A stretch of DNA of 64,000 bases from Octopus vulgaris (lineage: Eukaryota), in contig OX597830.1 of the NCBI GenBank assembly GCA_951406725.2, forward strand, positions 53,816,001-53,880,000, in the 5' to 3' direction. Under the pieces are notes generated by a model. It searched no databases, had not been told where the DNA came from, and worked only from the letters and a program-made list of their open reading frames with translations. Position numbers and translations under genes: made by a program. Positions 1 to 13,600 of this stretch are shown here, piece after piece. Within the stretch, counting starts at the first letter, position 1. Every line of letters starts with the position of its first letter.

Positions 1-444
1 CTTTCTTTCTTCGTTAAAGCAGGTATTTTAAATAATTGAAGTAAGTAGGAGCTATGATCTTAGCAGTTTCTCTCTGAGCTCTGAAATTTCTGCTGCTACC
101 GACCAACCTTATTTGACCTCCAACTAACATAAAATCATGAAGTCAGTACTCAACTAAATGTGGGCACCCCACCACTGCCACCGCCACCACCACATGCACA
201 ATTGTCACCCTTGCTGTTATTACTGCCGCCACCACCACCAAGCATGATCTTGACTTTTTAAATTGGGTAGACCTCATGCTTTTACAAATATGTCATTAGC
301 TGATGTAGTGTTTATTATTATTATTCTTTGTTTCGTATACTTGGATTACTTTCTTTTAGTTAGTGGAATGCAGCTTTGAAGGGTTTAGTTCAACAAATTG
401 ACTTCAGTATTTATTTTCGGTCTGGTACCTATTCTATCAGTCAT

Positions 445-825
445 TATCATCATCATCATCATTTAACGTCCATTCCCCATACAGGCATGGGTTGGACGGT
501 TTGACCAGGGCTGGTAAGCTGAGGAACTGCATCAGATTCCTGTCTGATTTTGCATGGTTTCTACTGCTGGATGTCCTTTCTAATGCCAACCACTCTGAGA
601 GTGTAATGGGTGCTTTTGCATGCCATTGGCACAACACCAGTATCTGCCATGACTATGATTTCACCTGGCTTGACGGATCTTCTTTTTTGAGCACAACATA
701 TTGCCAAAGGTCTTGGTCACTTGCCATTGCCTCCATGAGGCCTAGCACTCAATCACGTGTCACCGGCACGGTTGGTAGTTCCACGACACCAGCATTGGTC
801 ACATTGCTTTTGTGAGGCCCAGTGC
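445..825 (-). mobile_element. SINE-like repeat family C ((CAT)n tail, GGTTGGCRTTAGGAAGGGCATCCAGC core), partial
   Basis: Same tail and core recur at about 1600-1980, 11260-11490, 31790-32095, 34110-34440, 38050-38290, 49335-49650, 52460-52625 and 52930-53310. The core resembles a conserved metazoan SINE central domain (recalled, not aligned). Confidence 0.75.
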
Positions 826-830
826 TCGAA

Positions 831-1249
831 AGGCGGCGAGCTGGCAGAATCGTTAGCATGCCTAGCGAAATGCTTAGCAGTATTTCAGTTGCCGTTACAT
901 TCTGAGTTCAAATTCAGCCGAGGTCGACTTTGCCTTTCATCCTTTCAGGGTCGATTAAATAAGTACCAGCTACGCACTGGGGTCAAAATAATCGACTTAA
1001 TCCCTTTGTCTGTCCTTGTTTGTCTCCACTGTGTTTAGCCCCTTGTGGGTAGTAAAGAAATAGGTATTTCCTCTGCCGCTACGTTCTGAGTTCAAATTCT
1101 GCTGAGGTCGACTTTGCCTTTCATCCTTTCGGGATCGATTAAATAAGTACCAGTTACGCATTGGGGTCCATATAATCGACTTAATCTGTTTGTCTGTCCA
1201 TGTTTGTCCCCTCTGTGTTTAGCCCCTTGTGGGTAGTAAAGAAATAGGT
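831..1249 (+). mobile_element. tRNA-derived SINE family A, head-to-tail dimer
   Basis: A-box-like GGCGAGCTGGCAGAA, B-box GAGTTCAAATTC, Deu/Nin-like GCCTTTCATCCTTTCGGGGTCGAT..AAGTACCAG, tail ...GTAAAGAAATAGGT. The body restarts at about 1063. Confidence 0.85.
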
Positions 1250-1366
1250 GCTTTTCATGTGTCACTGCTCTTTTGTTAAACTGCCCAGTGATGTAAACAA
1301 ACCAACACCAGCTGTCAAGCAATGGTAAGGGACAAATAAACACAAAGACACACATACAGACATGTA

Positions 1367-1398
<32 letters not shown>

Positions 1399-1599
1399 AC
1401 AAGCTTCTTTCAGTTTTCATTTACCGTTCACTCACAAGGTATTGGTTGGCCCAAGGCTATAATAAAATACACTTGCCCAAGATATTTGTTTATTTTTGCT
1501 TTTGTCCTCTCAGCACAACATTTTACAACTATGATATAACCCGATCATATACATCACCTAGAAACAAGTACAACAGACCTGATAACATGTACCAAGCTT

Positions 1600-1980
1600 T
1601 TGCTGGATGCCCTTCCTAACGCCAATCACCCCGAGAGTGTAGTGGGTGCTTTTTACTTGCCACCGGCACAGGGGCCAGTCAGGCAGTACTAGTAATGACC
1701 TCGCTCGAATCTTTTTACACATGCCACTGGCGACATTGGTAGCGATCATGTTCGAATGGTGCCCTTTTATGTGCCACCGGCACAGAAGCCAGTTGGCTGC
1801 TCTGGCAACGATTACGCTTGGATAGTGCTCTTGACACCCTACTAGCACGGGCACAAGTGCTAGTAAGGCGACGCTGGTAATGATCACACTTGAATGGTGC
1901 CTTTTATGTGCCACTGGCACAGAAGCCGGTTAGCCGCTCTGTCAACAATCACACTCGTATGGTGCTCTTTGCACCCCACT
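1600..1980 (-). mobile_element. SINE-like family C with internal ~60-bp tandem units
   Basis: GGATGCCCTTCCTAACGCCAA core followed by repeated TGCCACYGGCAC units. Confidence 0.75.
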
Positions 1981-2791
1981 ATACTGTTATTTTGTATATC
2001 TAGCACTGCCATTATTTAACTCTTCTGTTAACAGGCATGACTGTGTGGTCAGAAGTTTGCTTCCCAACCATATAGTTCCAGGTTCAGTCCCATTGTGTGG
2101 CTCCTTAGGCTAGTATCTTCTACTATATCATGTAAGGCCCTTCATTTCCTGTCTTCTGTGAAAAATGTTTAGCTACAGGAAAATAGAAAATATTACTTTG
2201 CTTGGAAACAGATTTTTCTATGGCCAGATACCCTTGCTGTCACGAACCCTCACTTGTTTCCACAAATTTCATCTGACTTGTGCAAGCATGGAAAAGTGGG
2301 TGTTAAATAATGATGATGATTGCTTGTAGTAAGGATTTGGACTTATTAGAATCAAGACACCAACAGCTCACTACCCCAACCTTCAAGTCATAGGACTTCA
2401 TCAGATCTATAGCAGTAGGTTTGCTTGTTAGGTCTGAGTCATGGAATTCTTCCTTCTTTTGACCTGCTTCTCTTTTTGAAGTGCTTTAAGCTAAACCATT
2501 CTGATATTGTCTTCTGCTCCTTACATTGACCAATTCCTTTATGCGTTACTTTCACCATTCCATCAATTCCCTGGAGTTACACTTTTTATGCAATGGATTC
2601 CTTTATCTTAACAATTCATTTACAAACATTTTTTGCTTTTCTTTATTCATTTTTTGTATATGTTTCTGTTTTGCATTCATACTTACATGCATGTACATTT
2701 CTCTGTATGTGTGTATGTGTATTTAAGTATGTATATATATATGCACAAACACATATATGCACATATGTGTGTGTATATGTGTATTTAAGTA

Positions 2792-2822
<31 letters not shown>

Positions 2823-3219
2823 GCACAAACATATATGCACATATGTGTGTGTATACATATATATATTGGTATGTCTGTATATCATCATTATCATTTTATG
2901 TCTGTTTTCCATGTTGTTATACATTGGACTCTTCCGTCGAATGACTCAAGAATTCCTTAGAGTCGTATGTCTTCCACAATGAGTTCCTTTATCTTTAGAA
3001 TTTATAATACATGCACAGAATGTGAAACTTCATATAACTGTAGCTTTACCCTTTTGAATAGATTAACTAATCTCATCAGTGAAAAGAAATGATATTTAAT
3101 GACAAAAATGTTGGTGTATTCACGACACTTCCATTCTCTGGTGGAGTCTATTTTACCAAAAATTGACAAAACAGTTTTAGGAATTGTCTTGACTAGGTGA
3201 ATATATTTCTGTCATTCTT

Positions 3220-3266
3220 CTCACTGATGAGGTTGTTAATTCAATTGAAACTTTCTAAAGTGTGAG
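3220..3266 (+). ncRNA. Type I hammerhead ribozyme motif, probably inactive (GUG at cleavage site)
   Basis: ctca-CTGATGA-ggttg/ttaatt/caatt-GAAA-cttt/ct/aaag-TG-tgag. Stems I, II and III can pair. An inverted half-copy lies at about 3072-3105. Confidence 0.6.
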
Positions 3267-3569
3267 TAAAACCAGTTATTTTATTGAATGTTTGTCCTGT
3301 GAATATTTTTTTGGATTTACACCAAGTTCTCTCTCAAGATGAAACTAGTAAAAAATTACTGGATAATTTTTGTCTTCTCTCCGTATTGTTATATGGACAC
3401 TTAAGGTGGTTTTAGAGTCAGTGGTTTTAGTGGCTGCTATTTTCAGCATGGTGGTATCTCGTAGATACCCTTATTTGTAATTTTAATAATTATTACTTTT
3501 GAAGGTTATTTTTTCCATGCTGGCCACTTGAAAAGATCGTTATTTTATTTTAAATTAACGATCTTATCC

Positions 3570-3680
<111 letters not shown>

Positions 3681-3953
3681 ACACGTGTATATTTGTGTTG
3701 TATTTGCCCTGCACCACTACATGGCAACTGGTGTTGGTTTGTTTACATCCCTGTAATTTTGTAGTTCAGCAAAACAATCTAATTGAATAATTACCAGGCT
3801 TTAAAAAAAACATAACTACTTGGGTTGATTTCTGCAACTAAACCATTCCAAGTCGTGCCCTAGCATAGCTGCACTCTACTGATTGAAACAAATAAAAGAT
3901 GAAAGATAAAAAGGTATATAATATGCGTGTGTATATATGATGTATATATAATA

Positions 3954-3988
<35 letters not shown>

Positions 3989-4442
3989 TTCCAGTTCATT
4001 CACCACAAACTGCATTTCTCTCTGGCCATCCCTAGCCATCTGCATGCTCTTTCACAATCCCACAAACTGATTTACCTGCCCATATCACTCATATTTACTT
4101 TCCTGTAACTTGACGGATAACCTTGACACAGCTTTACCTTCATAGTGAAACTTGACACAGATTTACCGTCATAGTGAAACTTGATGCAGCTTTACTGCTG
4201 TCTTCTTTCCTTCCCAGCTGTGGTAACCATATCTCTCCCTACAGCAAAACACCTGTTCTTATCCTCTTGTTGCATTATAAAATCATCTCTCTTTATTCTA
4301 CTTCCTACCTCAATTGAGGAGTCTTGTCTTGTGGGTTACTTGGTGACCTCACAAGTGCAGGCTCCATGTAAAAAAACAAAAAAAAAAGCATCCAGTACAT
4401 TCTGTAAAGTGTCTGTCTGGCATTAAGAAGGTTATCCAGTCA

Positions 4443-5065
4443 GCGAACTGGCAGAAACGTTAGCACGCCGGGTGAAATGCGTAGCCGTATTTCCTCTGCC
4501 ATTACGCTCCGAGTTCAAATTCCGCCAAGGTCGACTTTGTCGTTCATCCTTTCGGGGTCTTTAAATAAAGTACCAGTTACGCACTGGGGTCGATGTAATC
4601 AACTTAATCCGTTTGTCGGTCCTTGTTTGTCCTCTCTGTGTTTAGCCTCTTGTGGGTAGTAAAGAAATAGGTATTTCATCTGCCGTTATGTTCTGTGTTC
4701 AAATTCCACCGAGGTCGACTTTGTCTTTCATCCTTTCGGGGTCTTTAAATAAAGTACCAGTTATGCACTGGGGTCAATGTAATCGACTTAATCCGTTTGT
4801 CTGCCCTTGTTTGTCCCCCTTTATGTTTAGCCCCTTGTGGGCAATAAAGAAATAAGAAACGTTAGTATGCCGGGCGAAATGCTTAGCAGTATTTTGTCTG
4901 CCGTTACGTTCTGAGTTCAAATTCTGCCGAGGTCAACTTTGTCTTTCATCCTTTCGGGGTCTTTAAATAAAGTACCAGTTATGCACTGGGGTCAATGTAA
5001 TCGACTTAATCTCTTTGTCTGTCCTTGTTTGTCCCTTCTATGTTTAGCCCTTAGAAATAAGAAAC
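4443..5065 (+). mobile_element. SINE family A trimer flanked by an 11-bp TSD
   Basis: Three SINE bodies. TTATCCAGTCA at 4432-4442 and 5066-5076. Inserted in a family C copy. Confidence 0.85.
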
Positions 5066-6355
5066 TTATCCAGTCAAAGAAACTATACCGAAGCAGACAT
5101 TGGAGTTTGGTGCAGTCTTCTCATTTGCCTGCTCTTTTTGAACCACCTAACCCATGCTATCATGGAAAACCTGTCAAATGATGGGGATATATATATATAT
5201 ATATATATATTTAAGCACATATATGTATATATACACAGACATACACATAGTGTATGCTCATTTATACATAAATCATGTCTCAGTGTATATGTATGTATAC
5301 ATACTTTCATGACACAATTCTCTGATTGGTCAGATCCTTTTGAACCATCCAACTCATGCCAGCATGGAAGACGGGTGTAAAATGATATTACAAGCACACA
5401 TACAGATACATGTACTCATAAGCGTACACGCACGCACACACACAAAGGTTGGCAGAAAAGTTCCCTCCCGCTCTCTCTCTCTTTCGGAGAGGCACAAGCA
5501 CCTACACGCATACATACACACATGGCAGTAACTTCCGCCTACCGAATTCAATCACAAAGCTTCGGTCAGCCTGAGGCTATAGCAGAAGACACTTTCCCAA
5601 AGTGCCACGCGGTGGGACTGAACCTGAAACCATGTAGCTAGGAAGCAAGCTCCCTAACCACACAGCCATGCCCGCACCTAGGTTGAAATATCATGATGCC
5701 AAATTTTGTCCATTTTCAAAAGAAGTCACTTCTCGTTACTTCTGAAGTTTTCTTTGAACAGTCAGATGTCAGTTTACCTGGAGAGAAACAATGTGCTCAT
5801 TAAGAAGAAGGGTCTAAATTAATGCATGCAAGATTTCACAGCTCTAACATCACTCCTTCATGGTCGGCCTATGAACTTTTCAGCCCGCCCTTGTGTGTAT
5901 GCACATGCACACATAAACTCACACTTGCCACTGTATGTATACATACATTTCACTGGTATACGTATGGCTGAGTGTGTATATGAGAGAGAGAGAAGGAATG
6001 TTGTAGGAAGTGTATAATAGGATCACACACACAAACACACACACGTTCCAATATATGCAATGTATGTATAGCGTGTGACTAATGTCTGTGAAAACAGACA
6101 CAAATATAAGAAGTATTTATTGTTTTGAAAAAGTCAAACTTTGTTAATGTTTAATATTACTTCTTTAAGAGTTCCTTCATGTATTTCTTCTATTCTTATA
6201 TTCATTTAATCTCTTATTCTGATGCATTTTTGTTCTTTAATTCTTCTTGTCTTGCTTCATTTGTTTTTCTATTGATATACATATGTCTCTCTCTTCCTCT
6301 TAGAGTCTGTCTACTGTCTGTCTGTCCTATTTCTCTCTCTCTATGTATGTATATA

Positions 6356-6397
<42 letters not shown>

Positions 6398-7429
6398 GTA
6401 ATATCTATTTATCTGTCTACCTATCTCCAAGCCATCCATCATCTTCATGGTTGAATGGTAAATTTTGGATTCTGGTTCCTCTGAGAACTAACGATGAAAG
6501 GATGTGGACATTTGGCTGGCATTGAATAATTGGGGCAGGGGAAAGAGGAAACAAAGGTGTGGGTAGTGAGGAGGGGGAGAGAAAGAAAGAGACAAGCACT
6601 TATTCGAATGAAAGGAATGAAACAAATATGTAAAGGCGTATGTGTGTGTGTGAATATATATATGTTTGTCTCTCATATATATATGTGTGGAGCTGGTGAG
6701 GAAGAGCTGTAAAGTCAGAGTAAAGATCAATGTGCCTTGGACAATTCATTGGTGATCAAGGAAAGGGGAAGGGGCAGAGAGAGAGACAGGGGGGAAGAAA
6801 AGACTGTTGGAAGAGAGAGAAATAAAGAAAGAAAGAAGGTATGTATGTATGCATCAGTTGTATGTGTGGAGGGAGGTGGTTGATAAGCAAAAACTCACCC
6901 CGCACAGACAGAGGCACCAAAATATTGTTTAAAGTGGAGAGGTTTGTTGTCTAATGTAAACCAATGTTTGACCAGACAAATGGAAGATTAACAGAAACCA
7001 TCAAAGCATGAAAAGAAGAACAAAAAAAATAAAAGAAAAAAATCTGCACACCCGCATTCCTCCCAAAGTGAAAGAAGGGGAAAAAAAATCTAAAACAAAT
7101 TAGATAGAAATATAAACACATTTATATATAACTAAAAAAAGATGTATTTACAGACATTCTGTTTCTCCTCCCCACTCTAGAGTGTATCGTAATGTGCTCA
7201 TTCTTTGCCCTTGTTGCTAAAAGAAAATCAGTATTTATTGAAACTGAAAGCACCAGTTTGGGAGAGAAGAGAGCAATGGGTTCACCATAAAATTGATGCT
7301 TCTTCTATTGTACCAAGTACCATTTTACATGGGATGAATCAATGAAGGTAGAACGCATGGCTGTGTTGTTAAGAAGTCCCTGTTCACAACCTTGTAATCT
7401 TAGATTCGAATCCATTGCCTGGTATACAC

Positions 7430-7631
7430 TTTTACTCTCTTTTATTTGTTTCAGTCATGTGACTGTGGCCATGCTGGAGCACTGCCTTTAGTCGAGCAAA
7501 TCGACCCCCAGGGCTTATTCTTTGTAAGCCTAGTACTTATTCTATCGGTCTCTTTTGCCGAACCGCTAAGTTGCAGGGACATAAACACACCAGCATCGGT
7601 TGTCAAGCGATGTTGGGGGGGGGGGAGACAA

Positions 7632-7666
<35 letters not shown>

Positions 7667-7830
7667 CGGCGGGCTTCTTTCAGTTTCCATCTACCAAATC
7701 CACTCACAAGGCTTTGGTCGGCCCGAGGCAATAGTAGAAGACACTTGCCCAAGGTGCCACACAGTGAGACTGAACCCAGAACCATGTAGTTCATAAGCAA
7801 GCTACTTGCCACACAGCCACTCCTACACCT
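7430..7830 (-). mobile_element. tRNA-derived SINE family B (CORE-like TTGGGCAAGTGTCTT, internal microsatellite, ...GACTGAAACAAGTAAAAGAG tail), near full length
   Basis: Reverse complement of the copies at 53316 and 54910. Confidence 0.85.
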
Positions 7831-8286
7831 ATCTTGGACTAGTTTAAGTCCTGGGGTCGATCAGTATATCTTGTGATTCAATTCAGACTTCCTCTCTCTC
7901 TCTCTCTGTATGCTGAGTTCAAACCGTGCTGAGGTCAACTTTGCTTGTGTCCTCTTGAGGACTAATAACAAAATACCAAAACAGTAGGTATTACTACCAC
8001 TATATTTTCTTTTTCTTCTTCTCTCTTTTTCTCTCTCACCCTCTTTGTCTGTCTGTCACACACACACACACAAATTAGTTGCGTCCAGACCTGCTGCGCC
8101 AGGTTGAAAAAGGCCAAGACTCTATATGTCGCAAAGGCAACCCTCCAATTCCATGGGGCCCTGCCTTGAATGGTTTTATTTGAACAAATCAACCCCAGCA
8201 TTTATTATTTTTTAAAGTCTTGTACTTATTCTATTGGTCTTTTGCTTAACCACTAAGCTGCATGGATGTAAACAAACCAACACCAT

Positions 8287-8440
8287 AAAGTGATAGTATG
8301 TTGTCAACTTCATGTGACAGTCCCATAAAAGGGAAGAATGCTACTGTTATTTAGCCCTAGGAAACACTATTTGCTGTTGGACTTGACACATTTCCTTTTC
8401 ATGGAACTGTCACATTAAGTTGACAACATACCATCACTTT
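8287..8440. repeat. Fold-back (inverted repeat) element, Penelope-like remnant
   Basis: Arms of about 42-50 bp (AAAGTGATAGTATGTTGTCAACTT... / ...AAGTTGACAACATACCATCACTTT). The spacer resembles part of the 21688-22314 element. Confidence 0.6.
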
Positions 8441-10392
8441 TTCGTGCTGCTACTGTATAAATCTCTCTGAGAGACTTAGAAATGTATTATTTCTATTTTT
8501 AAACCAACACCAGTCGAAAATTGGTGACAGGTGTTGCACAAAGATACGCATATTCCATATAGTTTCATTTACAAAACTCATTTACAACCTGGAGCTATAG
8601 TATAAGGCACTTGCCCAAGGTGCTGCATAGTGACTGAACCCAAAATGTACATGTTGCAAAGAAAGCCTCTTAACCACACAGCTATACCTACACACACATA
8701 TATACACGTACATACATACACACGCACACACAGAGGAATGCACATATACCTCAATGTACACAACCTCACACATACACATATATGCATGCATATGCATGCG
8801 CACACATGCACAGGAATGCACATATACCTGCCCACCCACACACACACACATGTACACACCCATACACATGAATGCACATATACCTCCCTAACACACACAC
8901 ACACATTTACATCTGTAACTATTTTTAGTTGCCAAAATATTTTTTTACATATTCTTTCATACAGAAGAGGTCTTTCGTTAGCAAATGACTTTATTAACGC
9001 CTCCTGCCTACCCTGAATATTTACTCTGGGCACATGTCTGTTTGCTTTTTTTCCTTTTATATAACTGTATGCCATGTTACATTGGTGACAGAGAGCAAAC
9101 TTAACAGCCCCTTACGTCATTACATAAATAATACCAACCAGCTTACCACATTATTATATTATGTTTGTATATGTGTGTGTGTATGTAAATACCTATATGT
9201 GTGTATGCATGCTGACGTAAGTTTTAATGCAAGAGTGACGTTGGTGAGGTTAGCAACTGTAATCAAAGCTGAACTGTTTGGATTAATAGGTCTCCTCACT
9301 TGTCACACATTAGTTATTCATCGTATGTGTGTGTTTGTTTACAGAGATATTGAAAGGAATATGTGTTGAGCTCTTCTTGACGTCTGTGTATTGTATGTAT
9401 GCATGCATATATATATTTTTTATAATGTCAGGTCACTTTCGAGTGCTACTAGTAACATTAACCCAGTACAATCTGTTGCATGGTCGGGCCATCGGAGACT
9501 AAATGGGCAACCCCACCAAGCTTGCTTGGTGAGGAAGGTGTTTATTGGACACCCTGCGGGATGAAAAATAAAACCCGTCAAAGGGCGGAGGCACTCTTGA
9601 GAGTCAACAGCCATCCAGTAAATGTCTTAAGGCTGTATCATGCGCGGGGACATAGAAATAATCGGACTGAATACCCGATCGCACGGTTCAACCATTGGGA
9701 GTGAAGGACCCCTAGCCTTTGTTAGGGCATCCTTCTAGGAGATGGCAACTCAGGTAACTGGGATAACTCTGACATAAAACCTGCGGCTCAGTAGTTACCG
9801 ATGATGTTGACTTGTTCTTCTTTTCGGATTATGGCTGCTGTTGCTTAGTGAGTGGGATTGACTCAGTGCACAGCCTTTCCTCACTTTAAAAAAAAAAATC
9901 TTCTTGCACAGGCATTGCACGATAACAAGTTAAGCTTCATGCAAAGGCCATACTCGATAATGAGGGGGCAGCCATCATATATTTTTTAATATACTATAAT
10001 GAAGAAAGCTTCTTATTAATTAGTTATGAGTAAGGTGGTAAGTTTGGCAGAATTGTTAGCATGCTGGACAAAAATTCTTAGCTGCATTTTGTCTGAGTTC
10101 AAATACTGTGGAGGTTTACTTTGCCTTTCATACTTTTGAGGTCAATAAAATAAGTATCTGACTAACCTCCTTCCCCAATGTTTGAGACCTTGTACCTCTA
10201 TTAGAACAGATTAATTAGCTATGAGTATGTAACTTTTACTAAAATATATCATCTTTTCTGATATAAGCTTGGAGCCTGAAATTTAGGTGAGAGGGGGTGT
10301 AGTTGATTACATAGACCCCCAATGCTTAACTGGTATTTATTTCATCAACCAAAAATGAGGAAATGCAAATTTGACCTCAGTGGTATTTGAAC

Positions 10393-10631
10393 AGGTGGCG
10401 AGCTGGCAGAAACGTTAGCACGCTGGGTGAAATGCTTAGCTGTATTTCGTCTGTCGTTACGTTGTGAGTTCAAATTCCGCCGAGGTTGACTTTGCCTTTC
10501 ATCCTTTTGGGGTCGATAAATTAAGTACCAGTTACGCACTGGAGGGTTGATGTAATCGACTTAATACCTATGTCTGCCCTTGTTTGTTCCCTCTATGTTT
10601 AGCCCCTTGTGGGTAATAAAGAAATAGGTAT
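10393..10631 (+). mobile_element. Young full-length SINE family A nested in an older opposite-strand copy
   Basis: TSD GGTATTTGAAC at 10382-10392 and 10627-10637. Confidence 0.9.
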
Positions 10632-13600
10632 TTGAACTCAGAGCATAAAGACAAATGAAATGCTGCTAAGCATTTTGTCTGGTGTGCTAACGGTTCTGTC
10701 AGCTTGCCACCTACTAATGTATATTTGAAATGAAAAATAGATAAATCAGAAGATGAAGGTATCTTTTCTGTCTTTCATTATTTATATGAGATATATAAAA
10801 GTCAGGATTTTCCTAAGGAGATGATTGAATACTGCTATCTTTGTGTTTTATGTATTGTCATCCTGTACTAGGCAACAACACCAAAAGCAAGATAAAAGCA
10901 TTCAAGTTGCATTCTATAATTTCTTTAGGAAAATCCAGAGCTTTATGTATCTGTATTGAAAGCAAGCAAGAAAGAAAGGTACCACCATCGCTTTTATCTT
11001 TAACAATATATTTCACTGTACGCCTACTAGAAATGTTATTGCTTCCTAGGATGGTGCAGGCCTGGCTGTGAGGTTAAGAAGCTTGTTTCTCAAACATAGA
11101 GTCTCTGATTCAGTTCCACTATGTGACATTTTGGGCAAGTGTCATCTGCTTTAGCCCAGGGTTGCTCAAAGCATTGTGAGTGGATTTGGTAGATGGAAAT
11201 TAATAGAAGCCAACACCTGCCCATCACAACAGAATTAAGATCCTAAAATCAAGGTACTATGTAAAAAGCTTTAGTGCTGGTGCTATGTAAAAAATCACTG
11301 GTGATGGTGCCATGTAAAAAGCACCCAGTACACTCTGTAAAGTGGTTGGCGTAAGGAAGGGCATTAAGCCATAGAAACCAAACCAAAACAGACCATGGAA
11401 CCTGGTGCTGTCCCTGGCCTTGTTACTTCCTATCAAACCATCTAACTCCTGCCAGCATGGAAAACAGATGTTAAATGTTGGTGATGATGTGTGTGAGTGT
11501 GCACTCTTGTCATTCAAGTGAAATTGTTTGTTTCCAGTCCTCTGTGAAAAATACATCTGATTGTAGGAAAATATTACTTTCCTTTGAAACAGGTGAGGGT
11601 TGACAACAAGAACAGTATCCAACCACAGAAAATCTGCCTCAACATATTCCATCTAATCAATGGAAAAGTGAATGCTAAATGATCTTGATGATAAATATGA
11701 TATATATATAGACACAGAGAGACACACACACATACATACACACACACACGGGTAACAACCATCCTTAGTACAAGTAAAATAAAAATTTAAATAACCATGT
11801 GGAGTTAATATATTCCATGTTGAATTTTTACTTTTCTCTACTCTTGACACCAGCTCTAAAATGCGTTCTACTTGTCTAGGTTGTGTCCAACATTTCTTAG
11901 AATTTATTTTCTATCTTATTTTTAATGTTAATGCATCATTGAAGTCTGTGTCTTTGGATTCACTTGTTGATTTACATTGTGTCCCACTTTGAACTTTTTG
12001 AGTACTAATCTACCTGTGACTGTTTCCTGTCTGTGATACAAACACATCCTTTTTAAATTATAACCATCATAATTCAAATAAAGCCAGTGACTTTGGTTTG
12101 TCTCAAGATTTCTGACCATTTTTGGTTGACAAGATTCATGTTGAAACATCAGGGATCACAAAATGCTGTGTGCCAATGAGACAAGTGTGTTTGAACACAC
12201 TGTTCTCATAAAAGAGTGAAGTTATTCTCCTAAGACATACACTACAGCGACCAGCATATTTTGTGTCTGAACATGCCTAGACATGCTAAGAATAAATTTG
12301 CATATATTTGTACAATCATAGTTTTTATTTAAGAATGCAAACACGGTTGTGGTTAAGAAGCTAATTTTGCAACAACTTGGTTTGGAGTTCAGTCCCACTG
12401 CATGGCACCTTTGGCAAATGTCTTCATAGGTCCAGGCCATCCTAAACTTCATGAGTGGATTTGGGAACTGGAAACCGAAAGAAGCCCATCACTTGCGTGT
12501 GTGTGTCTTTATGTCTCTTTGTTTTGACATTAGGCACAAAATGTAAACAGCTGTTACAGAAGCAGCATTTCTTTCTTGCAATCTTCCATGAAAACCTGTC
12601 TGGTCATTGTGATGTCTGTAATTTGAAGGAGTGGCTGAAATATTTGCCTTATTGGGAAACAAGTGATGGTGACTGAAAGAGAACAAAGCTGTAGAAAATT
12701 GGTTACAATGAATTACATACTCTTGGTGGTTGAAATTTTTATACAAATAACCAAATCAACATCATAGACCATATTATGAGATTTCAATATATTGTCAGCA
12801 TTAAAGTATTGTGTTTATATCAAACAGAATTATATATTGTAAAACAAGAATACAATTTTTTTGGGTCTTTTTACTTAGAAATATAGTCACAAAAAAATTA
12901 ACTGTTGATTGGTAGTGTTTATTCTACTGATAATTGTGAGCTTGTGTACACAGATAATTTATATTTCATTGAGATCAAACAATTTATTTTATTGATATAT
13001 ATTGCCATGGCAACCACTTGACTTAATGCCTGTAAGATTTTTCAATACCCTTTTTAATTCCATCACTTATTCAGAATTAGCAAGATTCATATGACCCAGT
13101 AATGACTATTATACAATGTGAATTACTCAAACAACAACAAGCAATATCATAAGATCTATTAAGAAATGGAAAAAATGAATTTGGTTAATCATAGGCTAAT
13201 GGAGTCAAAAAACTGCATCCATTCACTGCTTGATTCTGAAGTCATTCTTGCAATTTTTATTTACAATGAAGATTTATTTATTTATTTAATGATACCATGA
13301 CTCAACTCACTCCTTACTGAGGTAAGGGTTGGTGACTGGGAGAGCTCCTAGCTAGAAAGTCTTCCTTTAAGTAACTTCTGCCTAAGGCATCACTAGCATG
13401 GTTAAACAGAAGTTAAGTAAATGAACAAATTAAAAATAAGTTAAAAATGCACCAAAGTCTAAATTTTGGTAGTTTTTTTATTTCATTGAAATGGTAAGAA
13501 TAACATTTAATTCTTTTGATACTGGTTTTTGGTAAATATCAACGACTGATTACTGTCATTTTAACTCATCTGGAAAATAGAAGTTTCAAGAACATCTTCA

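Noticed and set aside
1650-1980. Short TGCCACCGGCAC repeats with variable spacers, CRISPR-like
   Set aside because: Spacers are mutually similar and the array is internal to a dispersed SINE-like family.
5700-5790. Possible minus-strand acceptor TTTCTCTCCAG with a short frame
   Set aside because: No partner exon or protein similarity.
10393-10480. tRNA gene
   Set aside because: A/B boxes belong to a SINE head and there is no complete cloverleaf.
12900-12980. Further hammerhead-like remnants (also near 25390, 36400, 44290, 61580, 63330)
   Set aside because: Two or more core or stem defects each, not distinguishable from chance by eye.
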